Made by a program: the position numbers and the translations under genes. This document shows positions 1 to 8,238 of a stretch of DNA of 64,000 bases, piece after piece. This DNA is from Acidimicrobiia bacterium (GTDB lineage: Bacteria > Actinomycetota > Acidimicrobiia > IMCC26256 > JACDBD01), in NCBI GenBank assembly GCA_035316025.1, contig DATFXL010000126.1, forward strand, positions 10,642 through 74,641. The letters run 5' to 3'. The notes below the pieces were generated by a model, which was given only the letters and a program-made list of their open reading frames with translations, did no database searches and was not told where the DNA came from. Every line of letters begins with the position of its first letter. Position 1 is the stretch's first letter.

Positions 1-1242
1 GTCGCGGCCGGTGTCGTCGAACTGCCACACCTCGTAGACGCCCGCGGTCGGTTCGAACTTCCCGAACTTGTTCATGTGCGGGAAGGCGGCCGACGCGCCC
101 TGGTAGTGGATCGTCCTTCCTTCGCCGAGCAGGCGCTTGCAATCTGCGAACGTCCGGCACTCCTCCTTGCCTCTCGTGTTGGCGGCGAAGACCTCCTTCA
201 TCTTGCCGGGGTCGTCGGATTTCGCCTTCTCGGCCGCCAGCGCGGTCAGCACCGTGCAGTCGTAGTAGAAGGACGAGTAGATCGGATCGATGCCCGTGGC
301 GGCGAACGCGTCGAGGAACGGGCTCTGCGCTCCGGCGGGCTGGGTAGCCGGCGAGGTGCCCTTGATCCCAGCGGCGGCGGCCGGGTTGTTCTGATCGAGG
401 AGCGTCGGGAACGCGTTCGTTCGCATGCCGTCAGCCGCGTAGATGGGGAACTGCTGAGGTGAGAGCCCCTTGGTGGTGAGCGCCCGGACGATGTCGCTCC
501 CGTCATTCTCGAACCCGAGGACGACAACGGCGTCGGGTTTCTTGTCGACGACCCTTTGGACCACCTTGTCGAAGCCGGTCGCGTCCGGGTCGTACTCGAC
601 GTCGGCGACGACCGTGGCCTTGCCCTTCGCGAGCTGCTTCTTGACCGACCTCGCCAGGCCGACGCCGTAGCTGTCCCGACGGGCGAGGATCCCGACCTTC
701 TTGCGGCCGTCCTCGAGCACGAGCCGGGCCAGGGCCGGGCCCTGCAGCCGGTCGGACGGCGTGGTGCGGAAGTAGTAGCCGTCCGAGTCCGCCGTCGACA
801 GGTCGGCGGCGGTGTTCGAACCCGAGCACATGAGCACCCCGCGCCGGCTCACCTCGTCGAGGAGGTCGAGCGTGACACCCGACGACGACGGGCCCATGAT
901 GGCGTCGACCTTGCTGTCCTCGAGAAGCCCTTCGAGCGATTCGCTCGCAACCTCGGGGTCGGTCGCGTCGTCGGCCACCGTGTACGTCACCGGCTTCCCC
1001 AGCACCCCGCCGGTGGCGTTGATCTCGTCGACCGCCATGGTCACCGGCACGGTCAGGGACTGCACGATGCTGCTGAGCTGGCCCGACTGTGCCGCCAGCT
1101 GCCCGAGCTCCAGCGACCCGTTGACGTTGCCGCGGTCCTCCTCGCCCGCGCCGGCCAGACCGCTCCCGGCGGCGAGCCCCGCCGTCATGAGCCCGGTGAC
1201 GGCGACCAACGCCACGAGCGTCGTGATTCGCGAACGGCCCAT
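1..1242 (-). CDS. ABC transporter substrate-binding protein, branched-chain amino acid (LivJ / Peripla_BP_6) type; 3' end runs off the window
   Basis: Not in the ORF track because there is no stop inside the window. Hand translation of the minus strand from ATG (cat 1240-1242) gives MGRSRITTLVALVAVTGLMTAGLAAGSGLAGAGEEDRGNVNGSLELGQLAAQSGQLSS...VDEINATGGVLGKPVTYTVADD... The frame is open for all 414 codons down to nt 1. It has a signal peptide plus a type-I periplasmic binding protein pattern. Confidence 0.75.
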   Translation of the reverse strand, partial: MGRSRITTLVALVAVTGLMTAGLAAGSGLAGAGEEDRGNVNGSLELGQLAAQSGQLSSIVQSLTVPVTMAVDEINATGGVLGKPVTYTVADDATDPEVASESLEGLLEDSKVDAIMGPSSSGVTLDLLDEVSRRGVLMCSGSNTAADLSTADSDGYYFRTTPSDRLQGPALARLVLEDGRKKVGILARRDSYGVGLARSVKKQLAKGKATVVADVEYDPDATGFDKVVQRVVDKKPDAVVVLGFENDGSDIVRALTTKGLSPQQFPIYAADGMRTNAFPTLLDQNNPAAAAGIKGTSPATQPAGAQSPFLDAFAATGIDPIYSSFYYDCTVLTALAAEKAKSDDPGKMKEVFAANTRGKEECRTFADCKRLLGEGRTIHYQGASAAFPHMNKFGKFEPTAGVYEVWQFDDTGRD

Positions 1243-1333
1243 TTCGGCGTCTCTCTCCTGACCGGGTCGCCGCGTCGCGACCGGCGTCCGAGCTTAGAGA
1301 ATCTGCCCGGCCGTTCCGCGTCGCACGGCGACG

Positions 1334-2530
1334 CTACGGCTGTACGAGCACACGCAGCATCGGCTCGAACTTTGCCTGCGTCTCCGCCCACTCGGCATCG
1401 GGGTCCGAGCCGGCCACGATGCCGGCGCCGGCGACGAGGCGCGCCGTCGATCCGTCGAGCTCGGCGCACCGGAGGGCGACCGCCCACTCGCCGTCGCCCT
1501 GCGCGTCGACCCAGCCCACGGGGCCTGCGTAGCAGCCCCGGTCGAACGACTCGAGCTGCTGCAGCATGCTCAGCGCGCGGTCGCGCGGAGCGCCGGCGAC
1601 GGCAGGCGTCGGATGGAGCCGGAGCGCGAGGTCGAGCGCCGAGCTCGCCGATCGGGTGTCCACGGTGCCGGCGATCGTCGTGGCGAGATGGATGACTGTC
1701 GCCAGGCGAGCGGCCTCGGGACCGCGCACGGTCGTGACGTCGACGCCGCACTCGCGCAAGCCGTGCACGACGTCGTCGATGACGAGGCGATGCTCGAGCC
1801 CATCCTTGGCCGATGCGGTGAGCGCAGCCTCGGCGGCGCGGTCGTTGTCGTCCGTCGCCCGGCGGGGGATCGTGCCGGCCATGGGGCGGGACAGCACCTC
1901 GTGTCCGTTCCGGCGAACGAGAAGCTCGGGTGACGCGCCCACGAGGCCGTCATCGGCGAACACGGCGCAGTCGCCCTGGGTCGCGCACAAGCGCTCGACG
2001 ACGGCAGGAGCGTCGAACAGCGCGTCGGCGTGCACGACGACCTCGCGCGCGAGCACGACTTTGGCGACCTCGCCGGCGTGGATGGCGTCGAGCACGGCTC
2101 GGACTTGAGCGAACCACGACGAACGGGAGACGCGACCCTCGACGCTGAAGCGAGTCGCCGGCGCGAGGGAGCCGACCGCTGCTGGCACCGGTGGGCCGAT
2201 CTCGGTGCGCCACGCGCGGCCGCGCGCGTCGATACCGCTCACCGAGGCCGGGATCGTGACGTCGCCGGCGACGGGGTGGCCGAAGGGCAGCGCGCCGACC
2301 GCGATCGCTCCGGTGCCCGGAGTGTGCACCGGGTCGTCGACTTCGATGCCGGCGAGCACGCGACCAGCGAGCGGCGCCGGCACGCGCGCCGCCGCGCCCG
2401 CCGTCACGAAGCCGATCCCGTCCCGCAGCCATGCAAACCCGTCAGGTGCGAGCTCATCGATCAGGCGGGCCGGCCGCTCGACGGGTCGGGTGCGGGCCAC
2501 GAGACCAGCCGCGGTGGAAGTGGCGGTCAT
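1334..2530 (-). CDS. menF: isochorismate synthase (MenF-type chorismate-binding enzyme)
   Basis: C-terminal 399 aa of ORF 1334..2818. Start set at the internal ATG MTATSTAAG (cat 2528-2530); the upstream R/P-rich part overlaps menG in another frame. Chorismate-enzyme motifs SRPMAGT, LHPTPAVAG and FDRGCYAGPVGW. ATGA overlap with the menG stop. Confidence 0.8.
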   Translation of the reverse strand: MTATSTAAGLVARTRPVERPARLIDELAPDGFAWLRDGIGFVTAGAAARVPAPLAGRVLAGIEVDDPVHTPGTGAIAVGALPFGHPVAGDVTIPASVSGIDARGRAWRTEIGPPVPAAVGSLAPATRFSVEGRVSRSSWFAQVRAVLDAIHAGEVAKVVLAREVVVHADALFDAPAVVERLCATQGDCAVFADDGLVGASPELLVRRNGHEVLSRPMAGTIPRRATDDNDRAAEAALTASAKDGLEHRLVIDDVVHGLRECGVDVTTVRGPEAARLATVIHLATTIAGTVDTRSASSALDLALRLHPTPAVAGAPRDRALSMLQQLESFDRGCYAGPVGWVDAQGDGEWAVALRCAELDGSTARLVAGAGIVAGSDPDAEWAETQAKFEPMLRVLVQP

Positions 2531-3246
2531 CGCCGGGTGCCTGTGATGAGCTGGACCGCGCCGGCGGTGAACGTGTGCCGCTCCACCGCGGCGAAGCCGG
2601 CCGCGATGACCAGGGCGAGCAGCTCGCCGGGTGCCGGTAGGTAGGCGGTCGAGCGCGGAAGATACTGATACGCCTCGCTGTCGTGCGCGAGGCGCGCGCC
2701 CACGAGCGGCACGACGCGCCGGAACCAGACGTGGTGGCCGGCCCGCAGCAGCGGGTTTGCAGGCTCGCCCGTCTCGAGGGCGGCAAGCCTCCCGCCGGGC
2801 CGGAGCACGCGCGCGCATTCGCGGAAGAAACGGTCGGGGTCGACGAAGTTGCGCAACGCGAACCCGCTGACCACGCCGTCGGCGGATGCGTCTGGCATCG
2901 GGAGCGCGAGGGCGTCGGCCCGCACGAGCGGGGCACGCGTATGGGCGGCGGCGAGCATGCCGGCGGAGAAGTCCACGCCGACGGGCGCGTATCCGTCGCC
3001 GGCGACGACGTCACAGAGGTCGCCGGTGCCGCAGCCGAGGTCGAGCACCTTCGCGCGTGCCGGAAGACGCAGCGCGGCGACCGTGTGTCGCCGCCAGCGC
3101 CGGTCCTGGCCGAGCGAGATGATGCGGTTCAGACGGTCGTAGCGCGGCGCGATGCGATCGAACATCGCCTCGACCGCGTGTTGTTTGTCGTCGCCCTCGG
3201 GGAGGCGCGTGTCTCGTGCGGGGGCCGCCGTGCGACTCACGGCCAC
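2527..3246 (-). CDS. menG: demethylmenaquinone methyltransferase (UbiE/MenG family)
   Basis: 239 aa with a GTG start at 3246. UbiE N-terminal signature FDRIAPRYDRLNRIISLGQDRRWRR, SAM motif I VLDLGCGTGD and an FALRNF motif. Confidence 0.8.
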   Translation of the reverse strand: MAVSRTAAPARDTRLPEGDDKQHAVEAMFDRIAPRYDRLNRIISLGQDRRWRRHTVAALRLPARAKVLDLGCGTGDLCDVVAGDGYAPVGVDFSAGMLAAAHTRAPLVRADALALPMPDASADGVVSGFALRNFVDPDRFFRECARVLRPGGRLAALETGEPANPLLRAGHHVWFRRVVPLVGARLAHDSEAYQYLPRSTAYLPAPGELLALVIAAGFAAVERHTFTAGAVQLITGTRR

Positions 3247-4022
3247 ACGACTTCGAGCCGGCGGTTGGCCTCGGCGCTCGCGGCCTCGAGCTCGGCCGGC
3301 TCGCCCACCGCTTCGAGGTGCTCCTGTGCGACCTCGAGCAGGACGCGCCGGAAGTGGTGGGCCACGAGCGCGCTGACCGACGGCAGCAACACCCGGAACG
3401 CTTCGACCAGCCGCTCGGCCCGCTCGTCGTCCGGGAGATCGGCGGTGCGCAGCGGCTCGCGCACGTACGTGTCGAACATGGCCACGGCGCCCTCGGCGGT
3501 TTCGCGCGTTGCCTCGTGGTGACGCCGTGCCAGCGTGAGGAGCTCGGGCATCGGCAGGCCGGTCTCGAGCAGTCGCAACCCGGCGGCCACGATGTCGACG
3601 TCGGCCGTCGTGAACCGGGCGTCCCCCTCGTGACGGCGGGGGACGAGGAGTCCCTCCCGCACGACCGACTCGATGAGCGCCTCGGGGACGCCCGAACGCG
3701 CCGCAAGCTCCCCGAGCGTGAGGAACTCCTCGTCGTCCGCGCCTTCCCCGGCGGCGACGACGGCGGCAGCCAGCGGCTCGTCGGCCCGGTCGAGCTCACC
3801 GGCGACGATGCGCCGGATGACCGCGAGCGAGAAGCCGCGGCGCTGCAGCTCCTTGATCCGGGCCAGCCGATCCACGTGCTCGGGGCCGTACCAGCCGATG
3901 CGCCCCCGCCGCTCGGGCGGCGGCAGCAACCGACGCTTCTGGTAGAAGCGGATCGTGTCCACGGAGACGTCGGCGCGGGCCGCCAGCTCCTCCACCCGCA
4001 GACCCGACGTCCCGGTCTCCAT
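3237..4022 (-). CDS. MerR family transcriptional regulator with two MerR-like HTH segments
   Basis: 261 aa. LRVEELAARADVSVDTIRFYQKRRLL... and a second LTLGELAARSGVPEALIESVVREGLL... segment. The stop overlaps the menG start by 10 nt. Confidence 0.75.
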   Translation of the reverse strand: METGTSGLRVEELAARADVSVDTIRFYQKRRLLPPPERRGRIGWYGPEHVDRLARIKELQRRGFSLAVIRRIVAGELDRADEPLAAAVVAAGEGADDEEFLTLGELAARSGVPEALIESVVREGLLVPRRHEGDARFTTADVDIVAAGLRLLETGLPMPELLTLARRHHEATRETAEGAVAMFDTYVREPLRTADLPDDERAERLVEAFRVLLPSVSALVAHHFRRVLLEVAQEHLEAVGEPAELEAASAEANRRLEVVWP

Positions 4023-4071
4023 GACCCGCGATTCTAGGAGTAGCTGCTCCCGCGGTCAGGCTCGGGGTACG

Positions 4072-4836
4072 TCAGCTCCCGGTCCACTCGGGTGGGCGCT
4101 TCTCGGCGAACGCACGGGCACCCTCGATCGCGTCCTTCGTCGAGCCGACCTCCGCCGCCAGCTCGCCGTTCAGCCGCCAGGCGTCGGCCTCGGAGAGGTC
4201 GCCCGCCTCGCGCACGATGCGGAGCGAGCTGCGCACGGCGACGGGCGCGTTCTCGGCGATTCGGACCGCGAGCGCGAGGGCCTCTTCGACGACCTGGTCC
4301 CTGGGCACGACCCGGTTCACGAGCCCGAGCGCGTGGGCCCGGTGGGCGTCGATGCTCTCGCCGGTGATCGCGACCTCCGTCGCCAGCGCGAGCGGCACGC
4401 GCTTCGGCAGCCGAACCAGACCGCCGGCCGACGCGAACAGTCCCCGCTTCACCTCGGGGAGCCCGAAGACGGCGTCGTCCGCCGCCACCACGAGGTCGCA
4501 CGAGAGGACGATCTCGAACCCCCCAGCCAGCGCGGGGCCGTTCACGGCGGCGATGAGCGGCTTCGGGAACGAGCGTTGCGTGATACCGCCGAAGCCGCCC
4601 CGCTTCGTCGTCAGCTCGAGGCCGCGACCGGCTGCCACCATCTTGAGGTCGGCTCCGGCGGAGAACACCGGTCCGCGGCCCGTGACGACGACCGCCCAGA
4701 TCTCTTCGTCGGCCTCGAGCTCGTCGAGCGCGCCCTCGATGCTCGACGCCACGTCGCCGTTCACGGCGTTGCGAGCCTCGGGACGGTTGATCGCGAGGAT
4801 CTCGACCTTGCCGCGGCGCTCCCGCTCGAGGACCAT
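4072..4836 (-). CDS. enoyl-CoA hydratase/isomerase (crotonase) family protein
   Basis: 254 aa. Crotonase pattern VVVTGRGPVFSAGADLK ... AAVNGPALAGGFEIVLSCD ... GLPEVKRGL. Confidence 0.85.
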   Translation of the reverse strand: MVLERERRGKVEILAINRPEARNAVNGDVASSIEGALDELEADEEIWAVVVTGRGPVFSAGADLKMVAAGRGLELTTKRGGFGGITQRSFPKPLIAAVNGPALAGGFEIVLSCDLVVAADDAVFGLPEVKRGLFASAGGLVRLPKRVPLALATEVAITGESIDAHRAHALGLVNRVVPRDQVVEEALALAVRIAENAPVAVRSSLRIVREAGDLSEADAWRLNGELAAEVGSTKDAIEGARAFAEKRPPEWTGS

Positions 4837-4936
4837 CCGCCGGACCGTATCGGAGGGTCTCGGCGGCGGTCCACGATGCCGGACGCCACGGCGGCCCGAC
4901 GCGCGCGAGCATGGGGGTCTGATCGAGGAGGTCGCG

Positions 4937-5386
4937 ATGCTCGAGACTCGTGAGACGCCGGAGCAGGTCCCGGAGACGCGTCCCGCTCAGCAGGCAGGTT
5001 TCACGCAGAGGAAGGACACGCGCGTCTGGCTACGGGACCGGATCTCAGCCGGATGGGCCTACGGACTGCTGGCCGGGTGGTACGGCCTGTTCCTGGTCGT
5101 GCAACTGCTGCAGCCGGAGCCCGAGGCGCACACCGGGATGCTCGCCTGGATCGGCGCCATCATGGGCGTGGTCTTCCTCGCCGCGCTCGTCTTCACCGGT
5201 ATCGGTCTCGCCCTTCGCCAGCGGTGGGGTCTCGTCGCCTCCCTGGGCGCGTCGGGTTTTCTCCTCGCCGATTCGATCGCCTGCCCACTCACGGGCCACC
5301 ACGAGTTCGGCGCCTTCATCGTGGTCCAGGCCGTCGCGTCCGTCGCCCTGGCCGGCGCCAGCATCCGGGCGCTCCGCAGCACCTGA
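4937..5386 (+). CDS. hypothetical small membrane protein (about 4 TM helices)
   Basis: 149 aa from ATG 4937, the C-terminal part of ORF 4217..5386. Four hydrophobic segments and a strong G/C third-position bias in this frame. Its last 342 nt are covered antisense by the MFS ORF 5045..6643. Confidence 0.5.
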   Translation: MLETRETPEQVPETRPAQQAGFTQRKDTRVWLRDRISAGWAYGLLAGWYGLFLVVQLLQPEPEAHTGMLAWIGAIMGVVFLAALVFTGIGLALRQRWGLVASLGASGFLLADSIACPLTGHHEFGAFIVVQAVASVALAGASIRALRST

Positions 5387-6643
5387 CTCCGGCTGTTCGT
5401 CGAGCGCGCCGTCGAGATCGGGTCGCAGCGCGCGTGCGAACAACAGCGACGCACCCATCAGGATGCCCGCGCCGGCGGTCGTGGCCCGAAGGCCGACGCG
5501 GTCCGCGATCGCGCCTTGGATGACGCTGCCCAGCGGGTACAGCGTTCCGAGCAGCACCATCAGGAGGCTGAGGACGCGGCCGCGCAACTCGGCGGGCGCC
5601 CGCAACTGAGCGATGGTGGTGAAGCTCGAGAGAGCGCCCAGATAGAGGAAGCCGACGGCGAAGATCGTCACCACGCCGACGGCCAGGTTGGGCGCCGCCG
5701 CATAGGCCACCAACGCCAATGGCAGGCCGCCGAGCACCCCGACGAGCACGCGGCGCCCGCCGAAGCGGGCGAACAGCGGGCCGAGCGCGAGGCCCATGAG
5801 GACGGCGCCGACGCCCTGGGCGGTCACGAGCAACGAGGTGCCGTAGTCGCCGTTGCCGAACACCTTCAGGGCGACGGCAGGCACGAGCGCGATGAACGGC
5901 GCGGCAAGGAACGAATTCAGCGCCATGTAGGCGATCACGACGCGCAGGCCCGGGTCGGAGCGCGCGAACCGGGCACCGGCGCGGATCGAAGCGAAGATCG
6001 ACTGCTCCCGGACGGGTGCCGGCGGAGGGAGTCTGAGCGACAGGACGACGGCGATCACGGCCAGGAAGCTCACGGTGTTGAAGCCGAATGCCCACTCGTA
6101 GCCGCCGAGGCCGATGACGACGCCGGCGAGCGCGGGGCCGATGACCCGGCCGAGGTTCCACTGCGCCGATGACAACGCGACCGCACCGGGCAGGTCGTCG
6201 CGCGGGACGAGGTCCGGCAGCAGCGCCATGTACGACGGGAAGCCGAGCGCCATCGCGCATCCCGCACCGAGCACGATCAGCGCGACGACCCCGGGGTGAG
6301 CGCTGTCGGTGGCGGCGAGGAGGGTCAGCGTGCCGGCGAGGGCCGTCTGTACGGTGGTGGTCGTCAACAGCACCCGGCGGCGTGGAAGCCGGTCTGCCAG
6401 CGCTCCGCCCACCGGCCCGAGAAAGGCGTTCGGGATGAACGCGGCCGCGGCGACGAGCCCCGTCCATCCTGCTTGGTGTGTGGTCGTCGTGACGAGGATG
6501 CCGACCGCGACCGTCTCCATCCAAGTGCCGACGTTCGACGTGAACGCGCCCGCCCACAGCAGCGCGAACGACCGGTGCCGCAGCGGGGCGAGCGACCGCG
6601 GGAGCGCCACCAGGTCACGGTAACGGAGCACGGTACGGTGCAC
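5045..6643 (-). CDS. MFS transporter (12-TM, EntS/MFS_3-like) with a long non-membrane C-terminal read-through
   Basis: ORF 5045..6928. Start placed at GTG 6643 (VHRTVLRYRDLVALPRSLAPLRHRSFALLWAGAF...); GTG 6631 is equally possible. Hydrophobic helices stop near nt 5400. The last ~110 codons are D/E/G/R-rich and antisense to gene 4937..5386. Confidence 0.7.
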   Translation of the reverse strand: MHRTVLRYRDLVALPRSLAPLRHRSFALLWAGAFTSNVGTWMETVAVGILVTTTTHQAGWTGLVAAAAFIPNAFLGPVGGALADRLPRRRVLLTTTTVQTALAGTLTLLAATDSAHPGVVALIVLGAGCAMALGFPSYMALLPDLVPRDDLPGAVALSSAQWNLGRVIGPALAGVVIGLGGYEWAFGFNTVSFLAVIAVVLSLRLPPPAPVREQSIFASIRAGARFARSDPGLRVVIAYMALNSFLAAPFIALVPAVALKVFGNGDYGTSLLVTAQGVGAVLMGLALGPLFARFGGRRVLVGVLGGLPLALVAYAAAPNLAVGVVTIFAVGFLYLGALSSFTTIAQLRAPAELRGRVLSLLMVLLGTLYPLGSVIQGAIADRVGLRATTAGAGILMGASLLFARALRPDLDGALDEQPESGAAERPDAGAGQGDGRDGLDHDEGAELVVAREWAGDRIGEEKTRRAQGGDETPPLAKGETDTGEDERGEEDHAHDGADPGEHPGVRLGLRLQQLHDQEQAVPPGQQSVGPSG

Positions 6644-6646
6644 GTC

Positions 6647-6904
6647 ATGCCGCGCGAGCCACGCCCCGGCGGCCGGATCGTGGAGGTTGCCAACTTCCCG
6701 ACCCGCTTCCAGGCCGACGCCGCCCTGGCGGTGCTCCAGACGAACGGCATCGAGGCCATGGCGAAGTACGGCGACGCCGAAGGCTGGGCGCCCTTCTTCG
6801 CCATGATCGACGGGTTCCGCGTGATGGTGTTCGACGAGGACCTCGACGCCGCCCGGGCCCTGCTCGACTCGAGCGACCTGTTCCCCCCACCGCGGGCGTC
6901 CTGA
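6647..6904 (+). CDS. small DUF2007-like (putative signal-transducing) protein
   Basis: 85 aa from ATG 6647 (GTG 6680 is an alternative), inside ORF 6296..6904. VEVANFPTRFQADAALAVLQTNGIEAM...FRVMVFDEDLDAARALL resembles the DUF2007 family by eye. Good G/C third-position bias. Confidence 0.45.
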   Translation: MPREPRPGGRIVEVANFPTRFQADAALAVLQTNGIEAMAKYGDAEGWAPFFAMIDGFRVMVFDEDLDAARALLDSSDLFPPPRAS

Positions 6905-6968
6905 CGCGCTTGTTGCTTTGGGTCGCAACCCGGCGCTATGCGCCTGGTTTCCGACCCGACCGCGGCGA

Positions 6969-7643
6969 TTACTCGACGAGCGACGTAGCGCGTGGGGTGA
7001 AGATCGGGAACACGAGCAGCTCGGGTGTCGGCTCGCCGTCCCAGTCGAACGAGCGAATCTGCTCCGCGCTCCGCCGCCCCGTCATCGTCCGGAACAGCTC
7101 GTACCGCTCGACACGCACGCCCACCTCCCGGGCACCGCTCCCCACCATGGCGCTCCCGGTGTCGGTTTCGAGGCGCAGCGTCGTGTCCGCCTGGTCGGCG
7201 ATCGATGCGAGCACCGCAATACCCCAATCCATCCCGATCGCGATTGCGTCGCAGTCGCGCGCACCGGGACGCTCGAGCCCGCCGCGGATGTCCTGTTCGT
7301 GGGTGGCAGCGTCCATGGTCAGCTGACCCAACGCCGCCTCGGGCAGTGTCGCCATCACCGCCTCGACCTTGGCCGCCTCCGTGCCCCACTCCTCCAGCAG
7401 ACGTTCGATGCTCCATTCGCGCCGAGTGTCGACCTGGCGCGCCGTCCACGCGTCCGTCGCGACGCCGTCGAGGTTCCCGGCGTTGATGTCGGCCGTTACC
7501 CCGCTGAGATGCGCGACGATGTCCCGCACGCGCCACTCGGGCGCCGCCGGCGCGTTGCGCTCGAGCCGCTCGTCGCCGGCGTCACGGACCAGGTCCGACA
7601 CCCGACCGCGGAGGGCGCCGTACGTCTGCGCATAGTCGGCCAT
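6969..7643 (-). CDS. mycothiol-dependent maleylpyruvate isomerase family (DinB_2 / MDMPI_N) protein
   Basis: 224 aa. N-terminal EWRVRDIVAHLSGV helix typical of actinobacterial MDMPI_N/TIGR03083-type proteins. Confidence 0.7.
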   Translation of the reverse strand: MADYAQTYGALRGRVSDLVRDAGDERLERNAPAAPEWRVRDIVAHLSGVTADINAGNLDGVATDAWTARQVDTRREWSIERLLEEWGTEAAKVEAVMATLPEAALGQLTMDAATHEQDIRGGLERPGARDCDAIAIGMDWGIAVLASIADQADTTLRLETDTGSAMVGSGAREVGVRVERYELFRTMTGRRSAEQIRSFDWDGEPTPELLVFPIFTPRATSLVE

Positions 7644-7668
7644 TCCGCCTCCTCGATAGCCTCAGCCG

Positions 7669-8211
7669 ATGCCACTCAGCAGCGGACCCCTCGGTCCGTT
7701 CCCCGCCGGCGCCGATCCCGAAGAGTACGACCGCCTGCGGCGCCGTGTGCTCTGGAGCATGCCGTCCGGCCTCTACATCGTGGGCAGCCGGGCCGGCGAC
7801 CGCCGCAACGGCATGACGTGCAACTGGGTGACGCAACTGGGCTTTGACCCCAAGTTCCTCGGTGTCAGCGTCGAGAACGACGCCGTCACGCACGAGCTCA
7901 TCTCAGAAGGGCGCGCGTTCGTCATGAACATCATCGACCGCGAGGACCGGGCCATTATCCGGAAGTTCACCAAGCCGGTCGACGTCGACGTCGAGGCTCG
8001 CACGCTCAACGGGTTCCCGTTTCACGACGGTGTGTCCGGCGCGCCCGTGCTCGATCAGGCAGTGGCGTACGTCGACTGCACCCTGCACGAGAGCGCGGAC
8101 GTCGGCTCGCACACGCTGTTCATCGGTGAGATCGTCGACGCCGGGTTCCAGAAGGACGAGGACACGCCGGTGCTCCGTATGGAGGACACCCGGATGAGCT
8201 ACGGCGGCTGA
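7669..8211 (+). CDS. flavin reductase family protein
   Basis: 180 aa. Flavin_Reduct pattern SGLYIVGSRAGDRRNGMTCNWVTQL ... HTLFIGEIV. Confidence 0.8.
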   Translation: MPLSSGPLGPFPAGADPEEYDRLRRRVLWSMPSGLYIVGSRAGDRRNGMTCNWVTQLGFDPKFLGVSVENDAVTHELISEGRAFVMNIIDREDRAIIRKFTKPVDVDVEARTLNGFPFHDGVSGAPVLDQAVAYVDCTLHESADVGSHTLFIGEIVDAGFQKDEDTPVLRMEDTRMSYGG

Positions 8212-8232
8212 CCGCCGGCCAGCCGCCGTAGC
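8198..8232. terminator. perfect 12-bp inverted repeat (gctacggcggct / agccgccgtagc, 11-nt loop) between convergent genes
   Basis: Read directly from the sequence. The left arm overlaps the last codons and stop of the flavin reductase gene. There is no U-tract, so terminator function is an inference. Confidence 0.4.
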
Positions 8233-8238
8233 ACTCGA

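Noticed and set aside
1318-1334. 7-bp hairpin gcgtcgc-acg-gcgacgc after the menF stop as a terminator
   Set aside because: The stem is short, there is no U-tract, and it overlaps the stop codon. It could equally be a chance GC-rich palindrome.
4072-4836. Crotonase-fold gene as MenB (DHNA-CoA synthase), because of the nearby menF/menG
   Set aside because: It is only 254 aa with a generic enoyl-CoA hydratase pattern. It is separated from the men genes by the MerR gene. MenB proteins are longer, and I could not see their characteristic features.
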